IMG/VR virus record: IMGVR_UViG_3300021962_000046
Location: 32,001-96,000 of that record
Length of the DNA stretch: 64,000 nt
Strand: one strand, 5' to 3'
DNA from: a virus
Shown: piece after piece, positions 26,854 through 37,115 of the stretch
Layout of the letters: each line of letters opens with the position of its first letter
How positions within the stretch are numbered: position 1 is the stretch's first letter
Position numbers and translations under genes: made by a program
Notes under the pieces: generated by a model
The model's input: only the letters and a program-made list of their open reading frames with translations
Told to the model about the DNA's origin: nothing
Database searches by the model: none

Positions 26854-28887
26854 ATGAAAAAGATTGATTTCAAAAAGATCAAAGCAGAAAATTTTGTTTG
26901 TTTTGGCGACAAGGGAATTGAAATAAATTTTCAAAAGTATGGCAATATAGTTTTGATAAAAGGGAAAAATCTGGATACCGCACTTAGTGAATCAACTAGT
27001 GAAGCGAAAATATCAAGTAATGGTTGTGGCAAATCAAGTATTCCAGAAATACTTGTTTATGGCTTGTTTGGCAAAACCATCAAAAAACCCAAGAAGATAT
27101 CTCATAAAGACTTGCTGAATCACACTACTGGCAAAAAGATGCGTGTTGAAATTGAATGGGATCAATACAAAGTTTTGAGAACACGAAAACCAGATGGATT
27201 GCGTTTATGGAAAAGTGCCGAAGGAATTTGGGACGATACAACAGAAATCACCTTGGGCACTATGGCTTCAACTCAAAAGAGCATTGAAGATATCCTAGGT
27301 CTTTCTTATGAGACATTTGTCAACATAGTCATTTTTACCGATGATAATAGTTCTTCCTTTTTAGAATGCGATGCAGCTGAGAAAAGACAGATAGTAGAAA
27401 ATTTATTATCGCTTGAAAAATACAGAACTTACAATGAATCAGCCAAGAAACTTCTTAAAGAACACAAGGATAAAATAAAATCCTTGGACAAGGATATTGA
27501 ACATGAAACAAGATTGCTACAAGAAATAAACAATCAATCCGTCAGATATGCATCCTCAAAAACAGAATGGGAAAAAAATAAGAAACAAGAAATAAAAAAC
27601 ACAGAACTTTTGATCGAACAACTAAAAAGCAAAATTGAAAATTATAAAGTTGATAATAAACCACTTATAGAATATGAAAATTCTCAAAAATTAATTCCCG
27701 AAATAGAACAAAAACTTCTCAAATTGGAAGAAGTTTTAAAGACAACCAATGATGTGATAGCAGAACAAGAATCCAAAATTTCCGAGATTGTTGATGAACA
27801 ATCAAAAATAAAAGCTGATGTTTTATCTTTTGAAAATGAAAAGAAAAATCTGTTGGAACAAGGAAAGAAACTGGCTGCTGTTGTTGAAAAAATAAAAAAG
27901 TTGGAACCCGGAGTAACTTGTGATCATTGTTTTTCAATTGTTGATTCATCCAACTATGCAAAAATAGAGGAACAACATCAGCACGAACTTAAAAATTGTC
28001 GTGAAGCATATAAAGCGGTCGAATCACAATTAAAAGATAAAAAAGATAGTCTTAATACTTTGACAGAACAAGCAACAAAACTGCAAACGGAAAAATTGGA
28101 TAAGAAGACAAAGGTGTCCGAATTAATTAAAACAGATGGTATTTTGAGGAAAAAATTGAATCAAATATTGGCTATGGAGAAGCCAATATTAAATGATGAG
28201 CATACTGCCCTTTTGATATCATTGGAAACCCTTCAAAAACAGCTTTTAACGAAGGAAGAGGAGGCTAGAGGCTCTTCGCCCTACGATGATCTAATTGTTG
28301 AAAATATGACCAAAAAAGAGGCCCAAAATGAGGTCTTGAAAACGAAGACAGAAGAGGTCAAGAAACTGAATGATTTGACAAAATATTATGATTATTGGAC
28401 GGTGGCGTTTGGTGATGCTGGTATTCGTCGTTACATAATTGACGAAATTATTCCAGCATTGAATAAGAATATTGAATATTGGCTGCAATTTTTGATTGAC
28501 AACAAGTTATCGATTACTTTCAACAATGAATTGGAGGAGCATATTGAAAAATATCCTTCTGATGGAAATCCCTACATTTACGAGGTTTTAAGCAATGGTC
28601 AAAGAAGAAGGATTAATTTGGCATTAAGTCAGGCTTTTGCTCATGTGATGAGTTTGAATACTGGTAAATTTCCAAGCCTTGTATTTTTGGACGAGGTTAC
28701 TACTAATATCGATCAAATAGGTGTTCAAGGAATTTATAAAATGATTTGTGAAATTTCTAAAGAAAAACAAGTTTTTGTTACAACCCATGATCAAGATTTA
28801 CTAGAATTACTTAACGGCTGTGAAAACATAGGACTTACGATGAAAAATGGAATATCTACACTTGATTTTTTTGAGTATAAATTATAA
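26854..28887 (+). CDS. gp46/Rad50/SbcC-like ATPase
   Basis: NGCGKSS Walker A, coiled coil with CDHC zinc hook, LSNGQ signature, FLDE, TTH. Confidence 0.92.
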   Translation: MKKIDFKKIKAENFVCFGDKGIEINFQKYGNIVLIKGKNLDTALSESTSEAKISSNGCGKSSIPEILVYGLFGKTIKKPKKISHKDLLNHTTGKKMRVEIEWDQYKVLRTRKPDGLRLWKSAEGIWDDTTEITLGTMASTQKSIEDILGLSYETFVNIVIFTDDNSSSFLECDAAEKRQIVENLLSLEKYRTYNESAKKLLKEHKDKIKSLDKDIEHETRLLQEINNQSVRYASSKTEWEKNKKQEIKNTELLIEQLKSKIENYKVDNKPLIEYENSQKLIPEIEQKLLKLEEVLKTTNDVIAEQESKISEIVDEQSKIKADVLSFENEKKNLLEQGKKLAAVVEKIKKLEPGVTCDHCFSIVDSSNYAKIEEQHQHELKNCREAYKAVESQLKDKKDSLNTLTEQATKLQTEKLDKKTKVSELIKTDGILRKKLNQILAMEKPILNDEHTALLISLETLQKQLLTKEEEARGSSPYDDLIVENMTKKEAQNEVLKTKTEEVKKLNDLTKYYDYWTVAFGDAGIRRYIIDEIIPALNKNIEYWLQFLIDNKLSITFNNELEEHIEKYPSDGNPYIYEVLSNGQRRRINLALSQAFAHVMSLNTGKFPSLVFLDEVTTNIDQIGVQGIYKMICEISKEKQVFVTTHDQDLLELLNGCENIGLTMKNGISTLDFFEYKL

Positions 28888-28950
28888 AATTTCCTCACAT
28901 CCAAGTAGATAAGTTTTTTAAAGAAACCAAAATCAGAAAGAGGCTAACAG

Positions 28951-31407
28951 ATGTTCAGTTATGAGTCTGCGTTCAATGCTTGTGTTGAATATTTTGAAGG
29001 TGATGAATTAGCTGCCAAAGTTTTTTTGGACAAGTATGCTTTGAAAGATGTTAATGGAAACTTATTAGAGAAAACACCTGTTGATATGCATCACAGGATT
29101 GCCAAGGAATTCGCAAGAATTGAAAGCAAGAAATTCAAGAATCCTCTGACAGAAGAAGAGGTTTTTGGGCTTCTGGATCATTTCAAATATGTTGTGCCTC
29201 AAGGTTCACCGATGTTTGGAATCGGTAACAACCATCAGATTATCAGCTTGTCAAATTGTTATGTTGTGGAATCTCCTGTTGACAGCTATGCGGGAATCAT
29301 GCGAGTTGATGAGACACTCGCACAGATCAGCAAGAGAAGAGGTGGTGTGGGTGTAGACATTTCAAATCTAAGACCAGCTAATGCACCAGTAAAAAATGCT
29401 GCCAGAAGCAGTACTGGCATTACTTCTTGGATGGAAAGGTACTCCAATACCATTCGTGAAGTAGGTCAAAGTGGTCGCCGTGGCGCATTGATGTTGTCCA
29501 TCAATGTTGCACACAAAGATGTTGAGAATTTTATTACTGTTAAAAATGATGACACCAAAGTCACAGGAGCAAATGTTTCTGTGCTATTGAGTGACGAGTT
29601 TTTAAAAGCCGTCGAGAATGACGAAGATTTTCGTCTTCGTTTTCCCGTTGATGCTCCACCTAGTGACAATGATAAAGTTGTCAAGGCAAGAGATTTGTGG
29701 AAGAAGATTATCCATAATGCATGGTTGAGAGCAGAGCCCGGATTGTTGTTCTGGGATAAAGTAACCAAGTACAATGCAGTAGACTGCTATGCAGAAGAGG
29801 GTTATAAAACTATATCAACCAACCCTTGTTCGGAATTGCCATTGTGCAGCTACGATAGCTGCCGTTTGATGGTATTGAATTTGTTTAGTTATGTTGTCAA
29901 TCCATTTACCAAGGATGCATATTTTGATTATGATCTTTTCTCAAAACATGGAGAAATTCTACAGAGATTGATGGATGATATGATTGACATGGAACTTGAA
30001 AAAGTTCATCAAATCATAGAGAAAATCAAAAAAGACCCAGAAGATAAAATTATCAAACAGCGTGAGCTTGAACTGTGGAAAACTGTTTATGATAAATGCG
30101 AAAATGGCAGAAGAACAGGAACTGGTATTACAGCATTGGGTGATACTTTAGCTGCCTTGAATGTTGGATATGGAACCAAGGAAAGTATTGAAATTACTGG
30201 CAAAATAATGAGTACATTATGCTTGTCAAGCTTCAGGGCAAGTTGTGATATGGCCAAGGAAATTGGAGCATTCCCAATATGGAAATGGGAAAAAGAAAAG
30301 GATTCCGAATTTCTTTTGATGATTAAAGAAAAAGATCCACAACTTTATTCAGATATTTCAAAATATGGTCGTAGAAATATCGCTAACTTAACGATTGCTC
30401 CTACGGGTAGTGTGTCGATCATGACACAAACTACTTCTGGTATTGAACCATTGTTTATGCTTAATCCATACACAAGAAGGAAGAAGGTTAATCCTACTGA
30501 CAAGAATGTGCGAGTTGACTTCAAAGACCAGAATGGTGATTGTTGGCAAGAGTTTGAGGTTATTCACCCTAAAGTTGCCATGTGGAGAACAGTTAGTGGC
30601 AACACTAATCTCCAAGAATCACCTTGGCATGGGTATTGTGCAGAGGACATAGATTGGGTTGCAGCAGTTGAACTTCAAGCTGAAGCTCAGAAATATATTG
30701 ACCATGCTATATCAAAGACAGTAAATCTGCCAGAAGATGTAACTGAAGAACAAGTTGCCAAAATATATGAGGCTGCTTGGAAATTTGGTTGCAAAGGTAT
30801 GACAGTATATCGAAAGAATTGTCGCACAGGTGTGCTAGTAGAAAAACCTAAAAAAGAAGAAAAGAAAGATAATCATAAGATCCAGAAAAATGACGCACCA
30901 AAGCGTCCTTCTAGCATTGAAGCTGAGGTTTACTTCCCGATCATCAAGGGAGAACCTTATTATGTTATTGTGGGACTTTTTGGCAACGATCCTTATGAAG
31001 TTTTTGCAGGCTTGAATTCTCAAGATGGAAACGCCATCATCAAGAAAACACACACAAGAGGAAAACTTCAAAAGAAAGCTAGAGGCAAGTATGTTTTTGT
31101 TGCTGATGGAGAAGTATCTTGTGATTTAACCAACATCAATAACCATGAAAATGGTGATGCCTTATGCAGAATGTTAAGTACTGCTTTGAGGCATGGTGCT
31201 GATATTAGTTTTGTTGTTCATCAACTTGAAAAAACTGAAGGTGATTTGGCATCGCTAGGAAAAGTTCTTGCCAGAACACTCAAGAAATATATTAAAGATG
31301 GCACCAAGGTTCATGGCGAGGAATGTCCAGAATGCAAAGGAACAAACATACAAAGAGATGATGGATGTGTTGTATGTAGAGATTGCGGTTGGACAAAGTG
31401 TGGTTAA
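28951..31407 (+). CDS. nrdJ: Class II (adenosylcobalamin-dependent) ribonucleotide reductase
   Basis: SLSNC, RRGALM, TNPCSE, IAPTGS, TSGIEP, ISKTVN; C-terminal domain ending in a CPEC..C..C zinc ribbon; no beta-subunit gene adjacent. Confidence 0.9.
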   Translation: MFSYESAFNACVEYFEGDELAAKVFLDKYALKDVNGNLLEKTPVDMHHRIAKEFARIESKKFKNPLTEEEVFGLLDHFKYVVPQGSPMFGIGNNHQIISLSNCYVVESPVDSYAGIMRVDETLAQISKRRGGVGVDISNLRPANAPVKNAARSSTGITSWMERYSNTIREVGQSGRRGALMLSINVAHKDVENFITVKNDDTKVTGANVSVLLSDEFLKAVENDEDFRLRFPVDAPPSDNDKVVKARDLWKKIIHNAWLRAEPGLLFWDKVTKYNAVDCYAEEGYKTISTNPCSELPLCSYDSCRLMVLNLFSYVVNPFTKDAYFDYDLFSKHGEILQRLMDDMIDMELEKVHQIIEKIKKDPEDKIIKQRELELWKTVYDKCENGRRTGTGITALGDTLAALNVGYGTKESIEITGKIMSTLCLSSFRASCDMAKEIGAFPIWKWEKEKDSEFLLMIKEKDPQLYSDISKYGRRNIANLTIAPTGSVSIMTQTTSGIEPLFMLNPYTRRKKVNPTDKNVRVDFKDQNGDCWQEFEVIHPKVAMWRTVSGNTNLQESPWHGYCAEDIDWVAAVELQAEAQKYIDHAISKTVNLPEDVTEEQVAKIYEAAWKFGCKGMTVYRKNCRTGVLVEKPKKEEKKDNHKIQKNDAPKRPSSIEAEVYFPIIKGEPYYVIVGLFGNDPYEVFAGLNSQDGNAIIKKTHTRGKLQKKARGKYVFVADGEVSCDLTNINNHENGDALCRMLSTALRHGADISFVVHQLEKTEGDLASLGKVLARTLKKYIKDGTKVHGEECPECKGTNIQRDDGCVVCRDCGWTKCG

Positions 31408-31417
31408 AAACAAAAAG

Positions 31418-31449
31418 AAAACCCCGCCACTTGGCGGGGTTTTCTTTTT
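31418..31449 (+). terminator. Rho-independent terminator
   Basis: aaaaccccgcca-ct-tggcggggtttt followed by a T-tract. Confidence 0.85.
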
Positions 31450-31502
31450 ACAAAACCATAAATACACTATAATTAAATGCTGTCATAATGACACGGGGTT
31501 TT

Positions 31503-32006
31503 ATGGGTTACATTAAAAACTTTAGTTTCAAAAATTTTTTTCTCAGAGAAGATGCCAACTTCTTCAAAGAACAAATTGCAGAAATAATGCAAACACTTCA
31601 AAATATGTTAGATGGCATGAAAAGCATGGGTGCTGAGGAATTTGTTGAAGATGCAAAAACCGTAACCAGCAAGATCAGAGGGATTATTCAAGGTAGCTGG
31701 GTGGGACAAAAAGAAAACATAGAAAAACTTCAAAGGATAGGAGTTTATCTATGCAAAGCTTTGGATGAGAATGATGATTTGGAAATGGCTGTTAGAAGTT
31801 CTTTGGAATCAATAAAAAATGAAATAATCAAAACTCTAGCTGGTCCTGTGAATCAACTTGGTGTTGATTCTGAAGAGCAGCAAGCTGAAGAACCCGTGGA
31901 GGAACCAGTATCAGAACCTGAAGTACAAGGCAAACCATCTGCTGTTTCAGGTTTTTCAAATGCTGGCGCACCACCTTTGGGTATGCCTCCGAATCAATCG
32001 ATTTAA
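31503..32006 (+). CDS. Hypothetical protein (candidate internal head protein)
   Basis: FSFKNFFLRED near the N-terminus; CATAAATA upstream at 31457-31464; start uncertain (31488 or 31503). Confidence 0.6.
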   Translation: MGYIKNFSFKNFFLREDANFFKEQIAEIMQTLQNMLDGMKSMGAEEFVEDAKTVTSKIRGIIQGSWVGQKENIEKLQRIGVYLCKALDENDDLEMAVRSSLESIKNEIIKTLAGPVNQLGVDSEEQQAEEPVEEPVSEPEVQGKPSAVSGFSNAGAPPLGMPPNQSI

Positions 32007-32007
32007 T

Positions 32008-32916
32008 ATGTGTGGAATACTTGGGTTTATAGGTGAAAGTAAATATCCTGAGATCACGGAAGCTTTGATAACAAAGTTATTCGTAAATACACGAATCCGT
32101 GGTACTGATGCAAGTGGTTATTATTGTGTCACAAATTTTAAAGAAAAAAACATTTTTTACTACAAACAACCAATTTCATCTAATTTGTTTGTCAATAAAG
32201 AAGAATATAAAAATATATGGAACAATAAGATTAATTTAGGCATATTCCATTGCAGAGCAGCATCAAGTGGTGTGGGAATTCCAGCTGAAAATGTAAATAA
32301 TCATCCATTCATAAGTACTGATTTCAAAACTGCTTTGATACACAATGGTCTTATTGCCAAAGAAGATTATGAAAATCTACTTGGTTCTTACGAGGTTGAA
32401 AGCAAATGTGATTCTGAAATAGTTTTGCGACTGCTGGAACAAAAGAAAGATAAAATTGACTGTGTAAGAGATTTTTTATCTTATTCTGAAAAAAGTTATT
32501 TCGCTATCGCAGCAGCATTTGTAACAGACAGTACAAGAAGTTTGATATTGGGTAGAAATATTCATAGACCTTTGATAATAATAGATTTGAGAAAAACACT
32601 AGGTCAAATTATATTTGCATCTACTATTGATTTGTTTGTGAAAACAGTTGACGAGTTGTCTGCTGAATACCAATCTTACTTTATGCCTTTGATGATTTAT
32701 GAATTAAAAAAAGATTTTATCTATAAACTAGATTTAGAAAAAGATAACAACATTATTTTCTCAGAATACAAATCCAAGAAGCAAAATGTTGAAAAGAAAA
32801 AACCTGTTGTGTTTAAAAACATAGAAAATATGGAATCTGATTTTAAATTAATATCTTCACTAATTCCTTATGAAAATTTATTTGTAAAAAATCAAGCATT
32901 TGAATCTTCTGTTTGA
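32008..32916 (+). CDS. Class II glutamine amidotransferase (Ntn hydrolase)
   Basis: True start MCGILG at 32008 (N-terminal Cys); RGTDASG, HCRAAS, NNHPF, HNG, CDSE. Confidence 0.9.
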   Translation: MCGILGFIGESKYPEITEALITKLFVNTRIRGTDASGYYCVTNFKEKNIFYYKQPISSNLFVNKEEYKNIWNNKINLGIFHCRAASSGVGIPAENVNNHPFISTDFKTALIHNGLIAKEDYENLLGSYEVESKCDSEIVLRLLEQKKDKIDCVRDFLSYSEKSYFAIAAAFVTDSTRSLILGRNIHRPLIIIDLRKTLGQIIFASTIDLFVKTVDELSAEYQSYFMPLMIYELKKDFIYKLDLEKDNNIIFSEYKSKKQNVEKKKPVVFKNIENMESDFKLISSLIPYENLFVKNQAFESSV

Positions 32917-33449
32917 AGGAAAAAAGAATCTTCTAGCTCCAACAGGTATTCAAGTGCAACGCCTGTCCATTGTTTGTAAATGATTTTGTATTTGAACTCT
33001 CTTCCAGATAATTCTTCTGAAAATACGAAAGCCATCCAGGGTTTTCTGGATCTTTTCCAACAAAGCATAGGTTTTCTGCCACATCTTTTGGCATCATCCA
33101 ATGCTTGTTCAAAGAAAGTCTCAAGATCTCTAGAACCAGTAACAAAAACTGCGCCAAGGTCGATATTGTCGTAACCACCCTTGCTTTCGATGGCAAATTT
33201 AAAGTTCTTTGGAACAACAATATCACCAGAAAATACTTCGGCAGCATGTTTTGGAAGATTAGCTTGACTCCATCTGGCACCAGAACCAACTGTTCTACTG
33301 AAACTTTTCTTAAACCTATCGGTAAGAATCTTAGTTAATTCAAGTTCGGTGCGATTGCCCTTTTTCTTGCCATTAATTTTTTTCTTAGGTTTATTTTTAG
33401 AGATATCATCAATGTGATAATCTTCATCTAAATCATCATAATTATCCAT
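32892..33449 (-). CDS. Holliday junction resolvase (Hjc-like PD-(D/E)XK)
   Basis: KKGNRTELEL, SGA, GDIV, IESK, QALDDA, PMLCWK. Confidence 0.8.
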   Translation of the reverse strand: MDNYDDLDEDYHIDDISKNKPKKKINGKKKGNRTELELTKILTDRFKKSFSRTVGSGARWSQANLPKHAAEVFSGDIVVPKNFKFAIESKGGYDNIDLGAVFVTGSRDLETFFEQALDDAKRCGRKPMLCWKRSRKPWMAFVFSEELSGREFKYKIIYKQWTGVALEYLLELEDSFFLQTEDSNA

Positions 33450-33467
33450 GTAGTAATATAGTGTGTA

Positions 33468-34808
33468 TCAAATAAAGTCACTTAAAATAAAAATATTGGA
33501 GTTTTCTGGTAAGTAGTTCTTTTTGATGTTTTCGATAGTCATTTTATTGGCATCAACAAACCAATACCAATTTTCAGGTTTTTTAGGAGATACAAGATCT
33601 CCATAACCATCAGTCATGACAAAAACGGTTGGGTATTTTTTGTAATTTGTTTTTTCTATGTCATCGTTTATTATTTTAAAACTTGTACCACCACCTCCAT
33701 ACAATTGTCTTGATTTAATTGTTGTGCCATAAATTTCTGTGTCAAAGCAAAATAAATTAACATTGAATCGTCTTTTAGGCAGCGATTCAGCAGCAGCAAA
33801 AAAACGATCTGCCAAGTGACTGCAAGATGCACTAGTGTCCAAATAAAAATAGACATCTATTTTTGTTTCATTTAAAGACCAATTTTCAACATCCATTTCG
33901 CTAGGTAAAAACATATTTTCACAATCAATTAAAGTAAATCTTCTATGCTTTCTTGCCCATTGATCGTAAGGTGAATCATCACAACTCATTTGTTTGGATG
34001 TCCATTTTTTTATTACTGTTTCCCATTTTTTCTTTTGTTTGATGATTGTTTTTTGTGGGAAAATAAGCTTTCCACCAGCACCCTTGCCAGCTTGCAATCC
34101 ATTTTCAATTTCTTTTTGATGTTTTTTGTATAGTTTTTCTATACCTTCTTTTTCTTCATCTGTCAGCAAGTCATTCAATTCATTTACAGCGTTAGAAAAA
34201 TCATTGGATTCATCCATGTGTGAATGGTCATCGAGAGTTTTAGGCGTACTTTTTTCTGAGGATTTACCGTCAGAACCTTCACCATTTTTGTTTTTTTGAG
34301 ATTCATTTTTTGCTTGTCTAAGAATTAAATTATAATAATATTCAGCTGTTTGATCGTTACTAATTGGAAATCCATTTACCTTTTGTTCTTTGAAAACAGT
34401 ATCGACCCAACAAAGTTCTTCTGCACCTTCTATATTATCTCTTATGAAGCCAAATTGATTTATCAACATGTGATTTACAGTAACATCCATAGCCATGTTA
34501 GAGATAAGTTTGTTTTCGCAATCTTTAAATCTAAATCCATGATTGAATAGAACATGGAGAGCTTCATGGCTTATGACAAATAATTTTTTATAATCGCTGC
34601 ACTTTTGCCAAAAAACAGGATTGAAATAAAAGCCAACATAATTTCCAGTTTTATTAAAAATAACACAGGCTGTTTCGATGGAATTAGTGAAAAAAGGCTT
34701 GCCTAACTGCCATATCTTATAAAAAAGAGAATGATGATCTTCTAGTAAAAAGCAAATGGATTCCCATTCCTTTTTACCCATAGCTTCAGCAGACTTAAAA
34801 GCTTCCAT
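33468..34808 (-). CDS. Metallopeptidase-vWA protein (DUF2201-like)
   Basis: HEALH, NMAMD..VN; MIDAS LDTSAS, GGGGTSF, TDGY. Confidence 0.85.
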   Translation of the reverse strand: MEAFKSAEAMGKKEWESICFLLEDHHSLFYKIWQLGKPFFTNSIETACVIFNKTGNYVGFYFNPVFWQKCSDYKKLFVISHEALHVLFNHGFRFKDCENKLISNMAMDVTVNHMLINQFGFIRDNIEGAEELCWVDTVFKEQKVNGFPISNDQTAEYYYNLILRQAKNESQKNKNGEGSDGKSSEKSTPKTLDDHSHMDESNDFSNAVNELNDLLTDEEKEGIEKLYKKHQKEIENGLQAGKGAGGKLIFPQKTIIKQKKKWETVIKKWTSKQMSCDDSPYDQWARKHRRFTLIDCENMFLPSEMDVENWSLNETKIDVYFYLDTSASCSHLADRFFAAAESLPKRRFNVNLFCFDTEIYGTTIKSRQLYGGGGTSFKIINDDIEKTNYKKYPTVFVMTDGYGDLVSPKKPENWYWFVDANKMTIENIKKNYLPENSNIFILSDFI

Positions 34809-36280
34809 CAGACTCTCACTATCTTTTTATAGATTTCTGACTGTGCTAATTTTGCAAACATGTTTGAATACTCAGAAGACCTCTTTATCAATTCTTCTAT
34901 GATTGATTTTGATCCTTGTGGTTTGTTTCTGTTTAAAACATGTAGGCAATAATTAATCATGCCTGCAAGTTTATCGAATTTTGGCTGTACAATAGTGCTT
35001 GCCCAAGAGCAATTTACAAACATACAGACAATATCCAGAGCTAATGATGCATCTTTGTCACTCATGTCGTTAGAAAACACAGATTTCAATTTGTTAAAAA
35101 CTGACTCTCTTTTGGAAGGATTATTGTATTCAGTAGCACTCATAGATGAATGCAATGTTTTGATAGTGTTGCTGGTGTCTAGATCAACTGAACTCTTGTT
35201 GTGAAAAAAGGATTGTTCTGCTTTTTCCAAGGGTATTTCATTTATATTCTCAACGCTGGAACTATTCTCATTAAATGCTCTTCTTATCTTCTTAACCAAC
35301 TTGGTATTAGAACCAGCAGATAAAATGTCACGCATGATTTGTTTAAACTCATCATTCTCTTTATGTTTGTTAAATACAAATCTTGATATCTTGTCGTTTT
35401 CTGACATCAAAGTCACAAGCTTTTCTTTTGGAATTAATGGTACAAAAAATTCCATAATATCACTTTTTTCAATAATATATTTTATTGAAGAATTGTAGTT
35501 ATTATCATTTGCTATGAATAATTTAGCAGAAGCCACATCACCACTCTTCATTAAATCACGCAGTTTAATATCAATTGGCCCGTTTCTCAAAGCCATCATC
35601 AGCTTTGAGATGTTTGAAGATTTGGGAAGAATATCTTCTGGATGACCACCAGAGGCGTATTCCTCAAGAGCATATTCCAATCTTCTGGGGGAAACTTTAT
35701 CTTTCTCTTCATCTGGCAAGCCATCCCACCATTCGATGCCAGCCATGCCGATTTCTGGTTCAAATCTTTTGACAAACCATTCTCTGTTTGGCTTGTATGG
35801 AATCTGTGCGTGAATATGAAAACGATCCTTTTGAGCAGGGTCGAGCTTTTCTACATCATAAGTATCATCGTCATCTGGATTGATTGCTGCCCATATGACT
35901 TTTAAATTAGGAAAAACCAAACCATTAATTGATTTAAATTGCAGCAGTTCCATAACTGCATTTCTTACTTTTTTGGGACTTCTGTTAAATTCGTCGAAAA
36001 ATATTGCTTCTACTTTTCCAGATGCAAGGCTCTTAGGTCTTACCAATTCCAAAAATGTGTTGCCATTTTCATCTCTTGTTTCTTTGGGAACACCTATTAA
36101 ATCAACCCACGGATCAAGTGTTGAAGTGCTGAAATACAAGAATGTTTTGTTTAATTCCAAACCATTTCTTTCAAAACAAGACTTGATTTGAGCAGTCTTA
36201 CCAACACCAGCTTTACCTATAAACAGAACATTTCTTCTGTTCTTGAACCATTTGTCCAATTTATCATCATTGATTTGCAT
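34808..36280 (-). CDS. MoxR-family AAA+ ATPase
   Basis: GKAGVGKT, DLIGVP, FFDEFNR, AAINP, LDPAQKDRF, SPRR; coupled to the vWA gene. Confidence 0.88.
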   Translation of the reverse strand: MQINDDKLDKWFKNRRNVLFIGKAGVGKTAQIKSCFERNGLELNKTFLYFSTSTLDPWVDLIGVPKETRDENGNTFLELVRPKSLASGKVEAIFFDEFNRSPKKVRNAVMELLQFKSINGLVFPNLKVIWAAINPDDDDTYDVEKLDPAQKDRFHIHAQIPYKPNREWFVKRFEPEIGMAGIEWWDGLPDEEKDKVSPRRLEYALEEYASGGHPEDILPKSSNISKLMMALRNGPIDIKLRDLMKSGDVASAKLFIANDNNYNSSIKYIIEKSDIMEFFVPLIPKEKLVTLMSENDKISRFVFNKHKENDEFKQIMRDILSAGSNTKLVKKIRRAFNENSSSVENINEIPLEKAEQSFFHNKSSVDLDTSNTIKTLHSSMSATEYNNPSKRESVFNKLKSVFSNDMSDKDASLALDIVCMFVNCSWASTIVQPKFDKLAGMINYCLHVLNRNKPQGSKSIIEELIKRSSEYSNMFAKLAQSEIYKKIVRV

Positions 36281-36365
36281 GGAAAAACCCAGCTAGTATT
36301 TTTGTGAGTGTAATTGCACACACAATTTCTCAAGCATTAAAATATAACACTTTTTCTGCTGTTTA

Positions 36366-37112
36366 TCAAGCGAAGATTTGCAGTTGGTTTCTTTCCGAGA
36401 TGTAAATATTATCGCCTAGATCCAATTCAAACCAGACATCATAAATTCCAACTTCTAGTTCATTTGTATCAAGCATGTAATAACCAAATTTCATTTCACG
36501 AAGTTCAACGGTTGCCTTATCAACGATTAGTCTCAAGTCTTCTTCTGGGGGCAAACATTTTCCACATCTTTGTTCAATAGAAATTTTCAAATTACCAACG
36601 ATAGCAAGGTTCTCGTAGTATCTTTGAAGATCAGTTCCCTTGGGAACATTTGGGGTTACTTCAATAATTAAATAACGCTTGCTGCCTTTTCTGAGTCTGG
36701 ATGGACGAAAAACAAAATTAAAGTCATATACCACAGGAATCGGTGTGGCATACCAAAGATCTGGATAAAGCTTGAACAAATTGGCAATTTGGCTTGTTTC
36801 TTGATAAACATCTTCAAAATCACAATACCAAATATCTGTATAGTTTCCTATAGTGAAAACATTTTCTTCAGTCTGCAAATCAACATAGTATTTACCAGTA
36901 CCATCTTGTACTATTTGTGTTGGTGAAATTGTAGTTATCAGAGTTCTTCCATTAACATCAGTTGGCTTGGCACCATCATTTAATTTATAAATTTCAATCT
37001 TCTGAATTGAATTTACATTGGCAAAATTATTGCTGTTGTAAAAGAAAAGTCGTAGTCTAACAATGTCACCAACTACTGGATTTTGATATCTTTCTTTTAA
37101 TACAGCTGCCAT
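36366..37112 (-). CDS. Putative virion structural protein (two beta-sandwich-like domains)
   Basis: Beta-rich, with repeated GxY..D......GxY.DxW motifs; downstream of the baseplate chaperone. Confidence 0.45.
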   Translation of the reverse strand: MAAVLKERYQNPVVGDIVRLRLFFYNSNNFANVNSIQKIEIYKLNDGAKPTDVNGRTLITTISPTQIVQDGTGKYYVDLQTEENVFTIGNYTDIWYCDFEDVYQETSQIANLFKLYPDLWYATPIPVVYDFNFVFRPSRLRKGSKRYLIIEVTPNVPKGTDLQRYYENLAIVGNLKISIEQRCGKCLPPEEDLRLIVDKATVELREMKFGYYMLDTNELEVGIYDVWFELDLGDNIYISERNQLQIFA

Positions 37113-37115
37113 TTT

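Noticed and set aside
31858-32007. N-terminal extension of the GATase ORF
   Set aside because: Ntn hydrolases need Cys at position 2 (MCG at 32008), and the extension overlaps another gene.
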